Origin: an uncultured Clostridia bacterium
GTDB taxonomy: Bacteria > CAYTYR01 > UBA6262
Direction of reading: 5' to 3'
NCBI GenBank assembly: GCA_964441745.1
Contig: CAYTYR010000018.1
Coordinates: 1 to 35,235, forward strand
DNA: 35,235 nt
Shown here: one piece after another, positions 9,144 to 16,866 of the stretch
Numbering within the stretch: position 1 is the stretch's first letter
Layout: every line of letters starts with the position of its first letter
Made by a program: the position numbers and the translations under genes
The notes under the pieces: generated by a model
The model's database searches: none
The model's input: only the letters and a program-made list of their open reading frames with translations
What the model was told of the DNA's origin: nothing

Positions 9144-9294
9144 AAAAAAGTATCAAACACCACAGATCAAAGAGGTAAAGCTGTCACCTGAAGACGCAGT
9201 TTTATCAAACTGTAAAAACACCGGGACCGTTAATAGCAAGTCAGGGAGATGCCAGGAAAAAGCTGCTTGTACTAACAGGATTGTTGGCTCTTAA
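9136..9294 (+). CDS. Putative RiPP precursor peptide, 52 aa: MDKKKYQTPQIKEVKLSPEDAVLSNCKNTGTVNSKSGRCQEKAACTNRIVGS
   Basis: Translated by hand; not in the ORF track. Strong GAGGAGG RBS 5 nt upstream, overlaps the rSAM stop, and fills the gap to the next gene. It has a YxxPxI leader motif, three Cys and a terminal Ser. Confidence 0.88.
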   Translation: MDKKKYQTPQIKEVKLSPEDAVLSNCKNTGTVNSKSGRCQEKAACTNRIVGS

Positions 9295-9315
9295 ATTAAA
9301 TTATGGTGAGAACTA

Positions 9316-10182
9316 TTGGGTATTTTAAAAGTGACAATTGGCGGAGTTACCGTTGCTTTGGTCCCTGCTGACAATCAAAAGGTTGATATTAGCAATAGAT
9401 ATAAGTCTTTTCAAACATCTGATAATCCTCAAGCTGTCCTGCGTATTCATCAAGGCCGTTTCCCGCTGATCAAATTGGAAAAATTATTTTTTGATTCTGG
9501 CGGTGTCTGGAAATTTGGCCTCACCCAGGACAAACACACCCTGCATTTTTATTCTTTGGATCTTGGCCCCCAACCTTATCAAACAGCGGTCTTAAAAAAA
9601 GATTTTACCGCCGGGGATATTTATTTAAATCCCCAGGCCCGCCAGTTAAAATTAAATATTTACCCTTTTCAATATCCTTTTGATGAAATATTTTTTATCC
9701 ATCTTTTTTCCCAGAAGGTAGGAGTAGTGGCGCATAGCTGCGGCATTAATGACCAGGGGAGGGGAATCCTTTTTCTCGGAGCTTCCGGCGCCGGGAAGAG
9801 CACAATGGGTGAGTTATGGCAAAATGAAAAAGGGGTTACAGTCCTCAATGATGACCGGGTACTGGTCCGGGAATGGCATGGGAACCCGTATATCTTTGGT
9901 ACCCCTTGGTATGGCAAAAGTAAAATATTCTGTACGGATAAAGTGCCATTAAAAAAGATATATTTTCTAAAAAAAGCCAACAAAAACTACGTGAAAGCGC
10001 TGGATCCGGCTGACACTGCCTCCCGGATAGCGGCTACTTCTTTTTTGCCTTTTTGGGACAAGAAGGGAATTGATTTTGCTTTGTCTTTTTGCATAGGAAT
10101 TGCCGGGAAAATCCCGGCCTGGGAAATAGGATTTGTGCCGGATAAGAAAGTTGTTGATTTTGTCAGGAGCCAATTTAAATGA
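9316..10182 (+). CDS. HPr kinase-like P-loop kinase (RiPP-associated)
   Basis: HSCGI...GILFLGASGAGKST (His plus Walker A), LNDDRVLV (DD motif), GTPW and PLKKIYFL. Confidence 0.8.
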   Translation: MGILKVTIGGVTVALVPADNQKVDISNRYKSFQTSDNPQAVLRIHQGRFPLIKLEKLFFDSGGVWKFGLTQDKHTLHFYSLDLGPQPYQTAVLKKDFTAGDIYLNPQARQLKLNIYPFQYPFDEIFFIHLFSQKVGVVAHSCGINDQGRGILFLGASGAGKSTMGELWQNEKGVTVLNDDRVLVREWHGNPYIFGTPWYGKSKIFCTDKVPLKKIYFLKKANKNYVKALDPADTASRIAATSFLPFWDKKGIDFALSFCIGIAGKIPAWEIGFVPDKKVVDFVRSQFK

Positions 10183-12344
10183 ATCCGCCACTGGATTTCA
10201 CTAGGATCTGCGAAGAGGTAATAGCCGAAGGCAATAAACTGAAATTTCTGGTCTCTGGCGGCAGTATGCGCCCTTTTTTGCGCAGTGGCGATACGGTACT
10301 AGTTGAACCTTTTGACCTGTCTGCGGTCAAAGCCGGGGATATTGTTTTTTATAAGACTGCAAATGGGAAACTTCGCGTTCACCGGGTGATCAGGAGGCCA
10401 AAACAAAGGCAGGAGACAGTCCTGTTGACTAAGGGTGATGCCTTGTTTCAGGCAGATCCGCCGGTACTGTATAAAGAGGTATTAGGAAAAGTTATTGCCA
10501 TAGAAAGAAAGGGGCGATATAAGAGCCTGGACGGCGGTACAAATAAGATACTTAATTATTTCTGGTTAGGCCTGGCTCATGTCGGGCCGTTCTTTTACCC
10601 ACTGGTCAGGAAGATAAAAAAAATAGCACAAATAATACTATTTGAGAATAAAAAAGACCAGGATAACAGAAAGTACAAAGAGATACTGGCCAAATTTCCC
10701 GGCTCCCGGAAAGATCCGGATAAAATATTTTTCCCCGGGTTTAAGTGGGATTATTTTTTACAGAGAGCTCTGGCGGAAAAAATAGCACCGCAGATATTCA
10801 AGGAATTAGAATCATTGGGGATAGAGCATATCGATATCCCAACGCCGGTACTGGAACAATTCAAGAATAGTTATTATCACACGCTCACCCGCAATGTTCT
10901 GATCTTTAAAAGAACCGCAGAAATTTTAAGAGCTTTCCAAAAAGAAAGGATCAAAGTCCTTATTTTTAAGGGGCCGGTACTGGCAGAATTACTGTATCCG
11001 GATATTGGCTTGCGGCCTATAACTGATATAGACATTTTGGTTGCATCAGAGGATTTGGCCGCCGCTGACCGTATATTAAGTAAATTAAATTATATTGCCC
11101 CTTTTGAAATCAAGGACTTTTCTGTCCTGAAAGCTAATGCTTACCGCAATAGTTTATTGTATAGCGATCGAAACACTCCTCCCCAATTCATTCATCTTTA
11201 TTGGCATCTCTTGAATCTATTCCCTTATGACCGGCAGATCCTGCAAAAATTTGATATGAATATGATCTGGCAGTCAGCTGTGCCTATCAGTGTCAATGAT
11301 GTGCCGGGGTTAACTTTGTCTGATACACATCAAGTCATTTATTTATGCCTGCATGCTTTCCAGCATGCGTATACGCCGGGGATACTGTTAATGGAGATCA
11401 ATAAGTTCCTAAATTTGAAAAAGAATTCCCTGGACTGGAATGTACTGGTGGCAGCATCTTTTGCTCTCGGACTGAATAAATATGTTTATTTTGGCTTGTA
11501 CCTGGCATGTAATCTTTTTGGCGCTCCGGTACCGGGAGAATGCCTGGAGAAGTTGAAGCCAAATAAATTAAGTATATTTGAACGCCGGGTTTTAAGCGGG
11601 TTCCGTAAACAGGGATTTTATGGTCGACAGGTTAATTTAGGATTGGTGTCTTTGGGCATGAATGAAACCTGGAGCAACCGTTTAGCTTATATCTGGGGAG
11701 CTATCTATCCCAGCAAACAGGAAATGGCTCTGATCAGCCAAAAAGGGGTTGATAAAATCAGGTTCCCTGATTATGTCCACCGTATGTTGGGCGAAAAAAA
11801 GTATCGTGGCATGCTGTTTATCAATCATATTATGAAGCGGCCAATCAATCTCCTTTCCGGTTTGCAAAAAATGAGGAGTTATCGATGTTTGATGAGCCAG
11901 ATAGCAGGCAAAGATATAATTATCAGGGCCGCTGAATTAGACGATAAACAATCACTGCGCAGTGTATATGCTGCAATGAATGTCCCGGAGATAGAGCAAT
12001 TGATCCGTGACCTCAAAAAAGAAGGGTACTGCCTGATAGCGCTTAAGAACAAGACCATAGCTGGTGCTTTGACCATTTCCAAATACGAAAAAGACGAAAA
12101 ACTCTGGCTGATATTCGGATTGGAAACGAAACCGTTGTTCCGTGGCTTGGGCATAGCCAGGAAACTGGTACAGAAAGCGATTGAGAGGGCGGATGCAGCC
12201 GGAGCCAGGGAAGTTGGTTTGTTTGTTAACAAAAAAGCTATCCCGGCCTTGAATTTGTATCATCAAGCCGGGTTCCGTGTATCTCCTGCCCCATACCGGA
12301 GGTCTACGGATGAATTATATCTGCATTATTCCTGCCGGATTTAG
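10179..12344 (+). CDS. Fusion of S24/S26 peptidase, nucleotidyltransferase (NTP_transf_5-like) and GNAT acetyltransferase
   Basis: N-terminal GGSMRPFLRSGD...GDIVFY...VHRVI...TKGD. Central FKGPVLAELLYPDIGLRPITDIDILV. C-terminal FRGLGIARKLV...ALNLYHQAGF. ATGA-type coupling to the kinase gene. Confidence 0.85.
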   Translation: MNPPLDFTRICEEVIAEGNKLKFLVSGGSMRPFLRSGDTVLVEPFDLSAVKAGDIVFYKTANGKLRVHRVIRRPKQRQETVLLTKGDALFQADPPVLYKEVLGKVIAIERKGRYKSLDGGTNKILNYFWLGLAHVGPFFYPLVRKIKKIAQIILFENKKDQDNRKYKEILAKFPGSRKDPDKIFFPGFKWDYFLQRALAEKIAPQIFKELESLGIEHIDIPTPVLEQFKNSYYHTLTRNVLIFKRTAEILRAFQKERIKVLIFKGPVLAELLYPDIGLRPITDIDILVASEDLAAADRILSKLNYIAPFEIKDFSVLKANAYRNSLLYSDRNTPPQFIHLYWHLLNLFPYDRQILQKFDMNMIWQSAVPISVNDVPGLTLSDTHQVIYLCLHAFQHAYTPGILLMEINKFLNLKKNSLDWNVLVAASFALGLNKYVYFGLYLACNLFGAPVPGECLEKLKPNKLSIFERRVLSGFRKQGFYGRQVNLGLVSLGMNETWSNRLAYIWGAIYPSKQEMALISQKGVDKIRFPDYVHRMLGEKKYRGMLFINHIMKRPINLLSGLQKMRSYRCLMSQIAGKDIIIRAAELDDKQSLRSVYAAMNVPEIEQLIRDLKKEGYCLIALKNKTIAGALTISKYEKDEKLWLIFGLETKPLFRGLGIARKLVQKAIERADAAGAREVGLFVNKKAIPALNLYHQAGFRVSPAPYRRSTDELYLHYSCRI

Positions 12345-12349
12345 GGCAT

Positions 12350-12375
12350 AGGATGCTGATTTTTTCAGCAGACCT
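12350..12375. terminator. Possible hairpin terminator between convergent genes
   Basis: AGG-A-TGCTGA, T-rich loop, TCAGCA-GA-CCT in the 31-bp gap. The stem is short. Confidence 0.35.
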
Positions 12376-13182
12376 TTAAAAATGAGAGAGACTACCTTCT
12401 TGCAGGGCTTTTTTGAGGCTGTATCGGAATAATATCAGGCTCAATGGCAATAAGAATACGGAAAAAAAGATCAAAGCCAGGATCTCCCGGTACAATTGGT
12501 TTACCGCATATCCCTGCCACACTGCCAATTCAATGGCCCGAATAGCATAGGTAATCGGAAAGAACATCGCTAGTATCTGCAGCCAGCCCGGCAGAATAGC
12601 TACCGGGAAATAAACTCCGCTGATCAAACCTTCAATTCCATTAACCAGCCAGCCGATAGGGTTACCTTTTTTAAAAACCATAATAAAGCAAGCCGACAGT
12701 ATGCCCAAGCCGCTGAAGGAAATAACAGTCAAGAATAAGATCACTAATGAGGACAAAATATTTATATTCGAAAAGTCTAGCTTAAAAAGAAAAACTCCTA
12801 AAAGGATATACACCATTACATCCAGGCTGGCCAAGATCAGGTTCCATAAGGCCATGGAAAAGAGAATAGTACTGACCTTGGTGGGTGTAAGCAGGGTGGC
12901 TTCCAGGGTGCCTAATAGTTGCTCATTCCTGATTTGGTTGGTAAATGACCCCAGTCCCACGCCGATATAGCCATAAAAAGCCATACTAAGCAGGATATAA
13001 GCAAAATAGTTTACGCCAAATTCCGCCAGATGCGGGACCATTTTTTGGCCGAATAATTTATCAATGAAGAAATAACTGAGAATACCGATAAAAATGCCAA
13101 AAAAGTTCAAGAACAGCGCTAATTTGTAACTAGCCATATTTTGGAAGTCTTTTTTGACAAAAGCCCAGGGTTTACGCCACAT
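12376..13182 (-). CDS. ABC-2 type exporter permease
   Basis: About six hydrophobic segments, EQLLGTLEATLLTP, SGVYFPVAILPGWLQ and PITYAIRAI. Confidence 0.92.
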   Translation of the reverse strand: MWRKPWAFVKKDFQNMASYKLALFLNFFGIFIGILSYFFIDKLFGQKMVPHLAEFGVNYFAYILLSMAFYGYIGVGLGSFTNQIRNEQLLGTLEATLLTPTKVSTILFSMALWNLILASLDVMVYILLGVFLFKLDFSNINILSSLVILFLTVISFSGLGILSACFIMVFKKGNPIGWLVNGIEGLISGVYFPVAILPGWLQILAMFFPITYAIRAIELAVWQGYAVNQLYREILALIFFSVFLLPLSLILFRYSLKKALQEGSLSHF

Positions 13183-13183
13183 A

Positions 13184-14026
13184 TCAGGCCTCCCTGGTAA
13201 AATGCAGGAATATTTCCGCTACAGTTGCGTTAGGGTTGCTTGTTTGCTGCCTTAACTGTGCCAGCGAGCCAAAAGCCTTGATCTTCCCCTGGACCAAAAT
13301 CAGGAAGAGATCGCAAAAATCAAGATTTTCATCTAGATTGTGAGTGGTAAGAATTACTGTTTTGCCGGCAGTGCGTACCAAGTTATTTTTAATGAATTCT
13401 TTCAGTTTAAGCGTTGTCGGATAATCCAGGCTCTTAGTCGGTTCATCCAGTAGCAGCAGGGTCGGGTTATGCAGCAGTCCTCTCATCAACGCAAAGCGTT
13501 TTTTCATCCCAGTAGAATAAGATGCAAAAGCTTTATCTCCGTAATCAATTCCGAACCAGGAAAATAATTCCGTCAGGCCTTTTTTGGTTTGCGCCGGGGA
13601 CAGGCCGTAAAGAGCAGAGAAAAATTCCAGGTTTTGCCTGCCGGTCAATCTCCAGTAAAAACTTCTTTCCTCATCTATCATTAATCCGATATTGCTTTTT
13701 ACCAGAGCTTCCGAATTAGGATCAGTGAACCCTTGATGAGACCAAGACAAGGGAACTGATTGGCTTGGCTCGGCGGAGCACTGCAAAGCGATCTGTCCTT
13801 TATTCGGCAGGATCAGGGTGGCAATAATTTTTAGCAGGGTGGTTTTCCCGGCTCCATTGGGTCCGAGGATCCCGAGTATTTTACCTCTTTCCAGGGGAAA
13901 AGAGATATCGCTCAAGGCTCTCGTCGGGGCCGGCCGGGAAAAGTTAAATTTAGCCCATTGGGAGAAAGAAACAGTAGGGCTAAAATCTTTGGTCAAGTTT
14001 TGAATTTCCAGTATGTTTTGGGTCAT
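13184..14026 (-). CDS. ABC exporter ATP-binding protein
   Basis: GPNGAGKTT, YSTGMKKR signature, LLLLDEP and H-loop TTH. Confidence 0.95.
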   Translation of the reverse strand: MTQNILEIQNLTKDFSPTVSFSQWAKFNFSRPAPTRALSDISFPLERGKILGILGPNGAGKTTLLKIIATLILPNKGQIALQCSAEPSQSVPLSWSHQGFTDPNSEALVKSNIGLMIDEERSFYWRLTGRQNLEFFSALYGLSPAQTKKGLTELFSWFGIDYGDKAFASYSTGMKKRFALMRGLLHNPTLLLLDEPTKSLDYPTTLKLKEFIKNNLVRTAGKTVILTTHNLDENLDFCDLFLILVQGKIKAFGSLAQLRQQTSNPNATVAEIFLHFTREA

Positions 14027-14038
14027 AAGTTATATTTA

Positions 14039-14067
14039 AATATAGCACAATAAAGAATATTTGACAA
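14039..14067 (-). promoter_or_regulatory. Sigma70-type promoter for the ABC genes
   Basis: Minus strand TTGTCA, 17-nt spacer, TATATT, with an extended TG. Confidence 0.55.
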
Positions 14068-14097
14068 ATAAAAGGGTGTAAAAAGGGACGTTTTAGT

Positions 14098-15696
14098 TTA
14101 ATTGAAAACCCTGGATTCTTCGCTTAGCTGGAAAGAGTCTACTTCTAAAACAAGTGGGTGTTGAATCATCGCTTGCATTAGCCGGGAAGGGAAATAATCA
14201 TATCGGTATAAATCTGTTTTTACCAATTTAAATTTACCTTTTCCTATAACATAGGTATTACTTAAAGACATTTCTCCTGACGGTATCTTTCTGATAACCA
14301 CAAATCTTTTCACGTTTAGCATATTTCTCGCACATTCATTTAAATAAGGCAAAAATATTTTTTCGTCGAACGCGTTATCCGTGAAAAGGAAGCTTTTACC
14401 CACCAGGCCCCATTTGCGCGCATAATAAGAATTTATAAGAGCATCCCTCGTAACTAAAATACTAAAGTCGGCTTTTACCGTAGAGGCCATCTTGACCATT
14501 TCTTTCTCCAGCATCTTATACTTCCAAAGTATAGGACTGCCCAATACTGCGAATAAGAGAAAAGCCGTAAGGATGACCGTGAGGCAAGCATACTTAAATT
14601 TTTTAGGAATGTTCAGTTTTTCCAAGCCATAAAACCCGAACAGATAATAAATAGTTAATAGATAAAAGAAGTTCTGTCCATGTCCGATATTGATGCCAAA
14701 AATCCCTCCGATAAGATAAAGCACGAAGGGTAAGATAAATGATATGAGGATGGCCAGCCTGAGCAGGGAATGCGTATCTCTTGATTTAAAGTAGATGCTC
14801 AATGTCTTAACTGCCCCAAGACAAAACAAAATAAACAATAGGGTACAAAATAATAGCACGGGTAGTTTTATGGCACCGCTAATAACTCTCTCCGCAATAA
14901 AACTGAAGGGTAACCATACTATGGTTGATATCAGCGTATACAGGTTATTTTGCATCCAGAAGCCTTCGCCATGGTCGAACCCACCGTGAAGGTAAAAGTA
15001 AAAAAACATTATGGTAAATCCGAGAAGGACGGTTACCACGCCAACAAAATAGTATCTAGGAATGCGCAGTTTCTCCCTCTTGAACCAGAAAATAAGGGTT
15101 TGCAGAAAAAGATAGGCGAAGTAGTGATAAAATATCAAAATGCCGAAAATATTTAAGAGCATAGTCAAGTATAGCAATTTTCTATTTTGGGTCAGCAGGA
15201 ATTGTGCCAGGCTTAAAAGAGTTGCCCCAAAGATGCAGAATTCAAAGATCGAATATGTAGCTGAGGTGGAGAGCCCAATATGAGAGATAGACAGACTCGT
15301 TGCGGCAGCAGCAAGTAAACTTACTCTTGGGTTAAACAACAATAATCCCAGATAGTAATAGAGGATAATTCCAATAAGGCCGAGGAATACCGCCGGTATA
15401 TGTATGCTTGTTTCTGTATCCCCAAACACCCTGGCCCAGTAATAATAAAATAGGAAAACGGATGGGATCCGGCAAGGTAAAAGAATTTTCCAATCATTGT
15501 CCCATCCAAGTTCCTCATTGGACGCTGCGCTGTTATTAGGCCTATGAAAAAAAGGTAATGTTTGGCCCCAGGCATATGTAAAATAAATTTCATCGTGCTG
15601 CAGAGGTTTATTAAGTAAAGGAATCCTGATCAACAGATAAAGGAACAGAATAGCCAGAAGGGGAATAATAGTTTTGTTTTTCGTTAGGCTAAGCAT
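14098..15696 (-). CDS. GT-C fold membrane glycosyltransferase (ArnT/PMT, GT39/GT83-like)
   Basis: N-terminal TM followed by the acidic LQHDE motif, P..F..YYWARVFGDTE.SI..P pattern, many TM segments and a soluble C-terminal domain. Confidence 0.75.
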   Translation of the reverse strand: MLSLTKNKTIIPLLAILFLYLLIRIPLLNKPLQHDEIYFTYAWGQTLPFFHRPNNSAASNEELGWDNDWKILLPCRIPSVFLFYYYWARVFGDTETSIHIPAVFLGLIGIILYYYLGLLLFNPRVSLLAAAATSLSISHIGLSTSATYSIFEFCIFGATLLSLAQFLLTQNRKLLYLTMLLNIFGILIFYHYFAYLFLQTLIFWFKREKLRIPRYYFVGVVTVLLGFTIMFFYFYLHGGFDHGEGFWMQNNLYTLISTIVWLPFSFIAERVISGAIKLPVLLFCTLLFILFCLGAVKTLSIYFKSRDTHSLLRLAILISFILPFVLYLIGGIFGINIGHGQNFFYLLTIYYLFGFYGLEKLNIPKKFKYACLTVILTAFLLFAVLGSPILWKYKMLEKEMVKMASTVKADFSILVTRDALINSYYARKWGLVGKSFLFTDNAFDEKIFLPYLNECARNMLNVKRFVVIRKIPSGEMSLSNTYVIGKGKFKLVKTDLYRYDYFPSRLMQAMIQHPLVLEVDSFQLSEESRVFN

Positions 15697-15708
15697 ATCT
15701 TAAATATA

Positions 15709-15737
15709 ACTATATCAGTTTTGTGTTAATATGTCTA
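15709..15737 (-). promoter_or_regulatory. Sigma70-type promoter for the GT-C gene
   Basis: Minus strand TAGACA, 17-nt spacer, TATAGT, with an extended TG. Confidence 0.5.
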
Positions 15738-15798
15738 TATTATCTTGGCCAGTTTTTCTACTCCCTTGGGCGTCTTTTAAAGTGTCCATAAAGACTAT

Positions 15799-15828
15799 TT
15801 GACAAAGCTTTTAAAATAGTGGTATATT
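15799..15828 (+). promoter_or_regulatory. Sigma70-type promoter for the polysaccharide operon
   Basis: TTGACA, 18-nt spacer, TATATT, with an extended TG. Divergent from the GT-C promoter. Confidence 0.6.
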
Positions 15829-15866
15829 AAGCACGATATATATTGCTGTTTATAGGGTGTGGGTCT

Positions 15867-16826
15867 ATGAACCAAAAAGTACGCCTATTCCTGGTTTTCC
15901 TAATCCTGGCCATAGCCGGATCTAACTATGCGTTATTGGCCAGAGCGGAAAATTCCCAGACGGATGATCAGGCTAGGCTAACGCAAATAGAGTCCTATTA
16001 TCAGACCGGGAAAGAGGACCTGCAAAAAAGCAATTATAGTTCTGCCATTGTAAATTTCAATCATGTGATTGAACTGGAGCGGAATTTCAATACAATTTAT
16101 ACTTCTTACGCCCAGGGTTTTATTAATACAGCCACCGCCAAAATAAAAGAGAACGAGGAAAAAGAACTGGTTCAAGCCGGCGATCAGCCGGCCCAAAAGA
16201 ATGAGGTGGCCATATCCTCAACGCCTGCCGCGGCCAGCCCGAAAAACAGCGGTGAATATATAATCGGCACCGATGATATATTATTTATTTCAGTGTGGCA
16301 GAATAAAGACCTGGACCAGGAAGTGACCGTGACGCCTGACGGGAAAATAGCGGTCCAGTTAATTGGTGAGGCCCAGGCCCAGGGATTGACCGTCAGCCAA
16401 TTGGACCAGCTGCTCACTGAGAAATTCAAAGAGTATCTTAAATATCCGGAAGTATCCGTTACCATCAGAAAGATCGGTGGAAAGAAGATTATTTTGCTGG
16501 GAGAAGTAATTAATCCTGGCGTGTATACCATGACTGATAAGAGCAGCGTGCTGGAGCTGATCGCCAAGGCTAACGGTTATACCAAAGATGCGGTCATATC
16601 CAGTGTGGTCCTGATCCGCGGCGGATTGCAAAAGCCGGTTGGTTACCGTCTTAACCTGGTTAAAGCTTTGAAGAAGGGCGATTTGAGCCAAAATATGGCC
16701 CTGGAACCGGAAGATATTATCTATGTGCCAAGAACTTTTATTTCTAATGTCAGTTATGTTATGAATCAGGTTTTGAGTCCTATATCTCAAGGATTGTATA
16801 CATCCCAGACCATTCATCATTGGTAG
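15867..16826 (+). CDS. Polysaccharide export protein (OPX/Wza family) with N-terminal TPR-like segment
   Basis: Poly_export motif YIIGTDDIL.ISVW...VTPDGKI...IGE, SLBB GEVINPGVY, LEPEDIIYVP and an N-terminal signal peptide. ATG 15867 is preferred. Confidence 0.9.
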   Translation: MNQKVRLFLVFLILAIAGSNYALLARAENSQTDDQARLTQIESYYQTGKEDLQKSNYSSAIVNFNHVIELERNFNTIYTSYAQGFINTATAKIKENEEKELVQAGDQPAQKNEVAISSTPAAASPKNSGEYIIGTDDILFISVWQNKDLDQEVTVTPDGKIAVQLIGEAQAQGLTVSQLDQLLTEKFKEYLKYPEVSVTIRKIGGKKIILLGEVINPGVYTMTDKSSVLELIAKANGYTKDAVISSVVLIRGGLQKPVGYRLNLVKALKKGDLSQNMALEPEDIIYVPRTFISNVSYVMNQVLSPISQGLYTSQTIHHW

Positions 16827-16866
16827 ACATCCTGCAAGTATAATAAAATTATACCAGGAGATATCT

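Noticed and set aside
9136-9294. Classical lasso peptide
   Set aside because: No lasso cyclase or B2 protease in the window, and no Thr(-2) plus Asp/Glu at core positions 7-9 in a plausible register.
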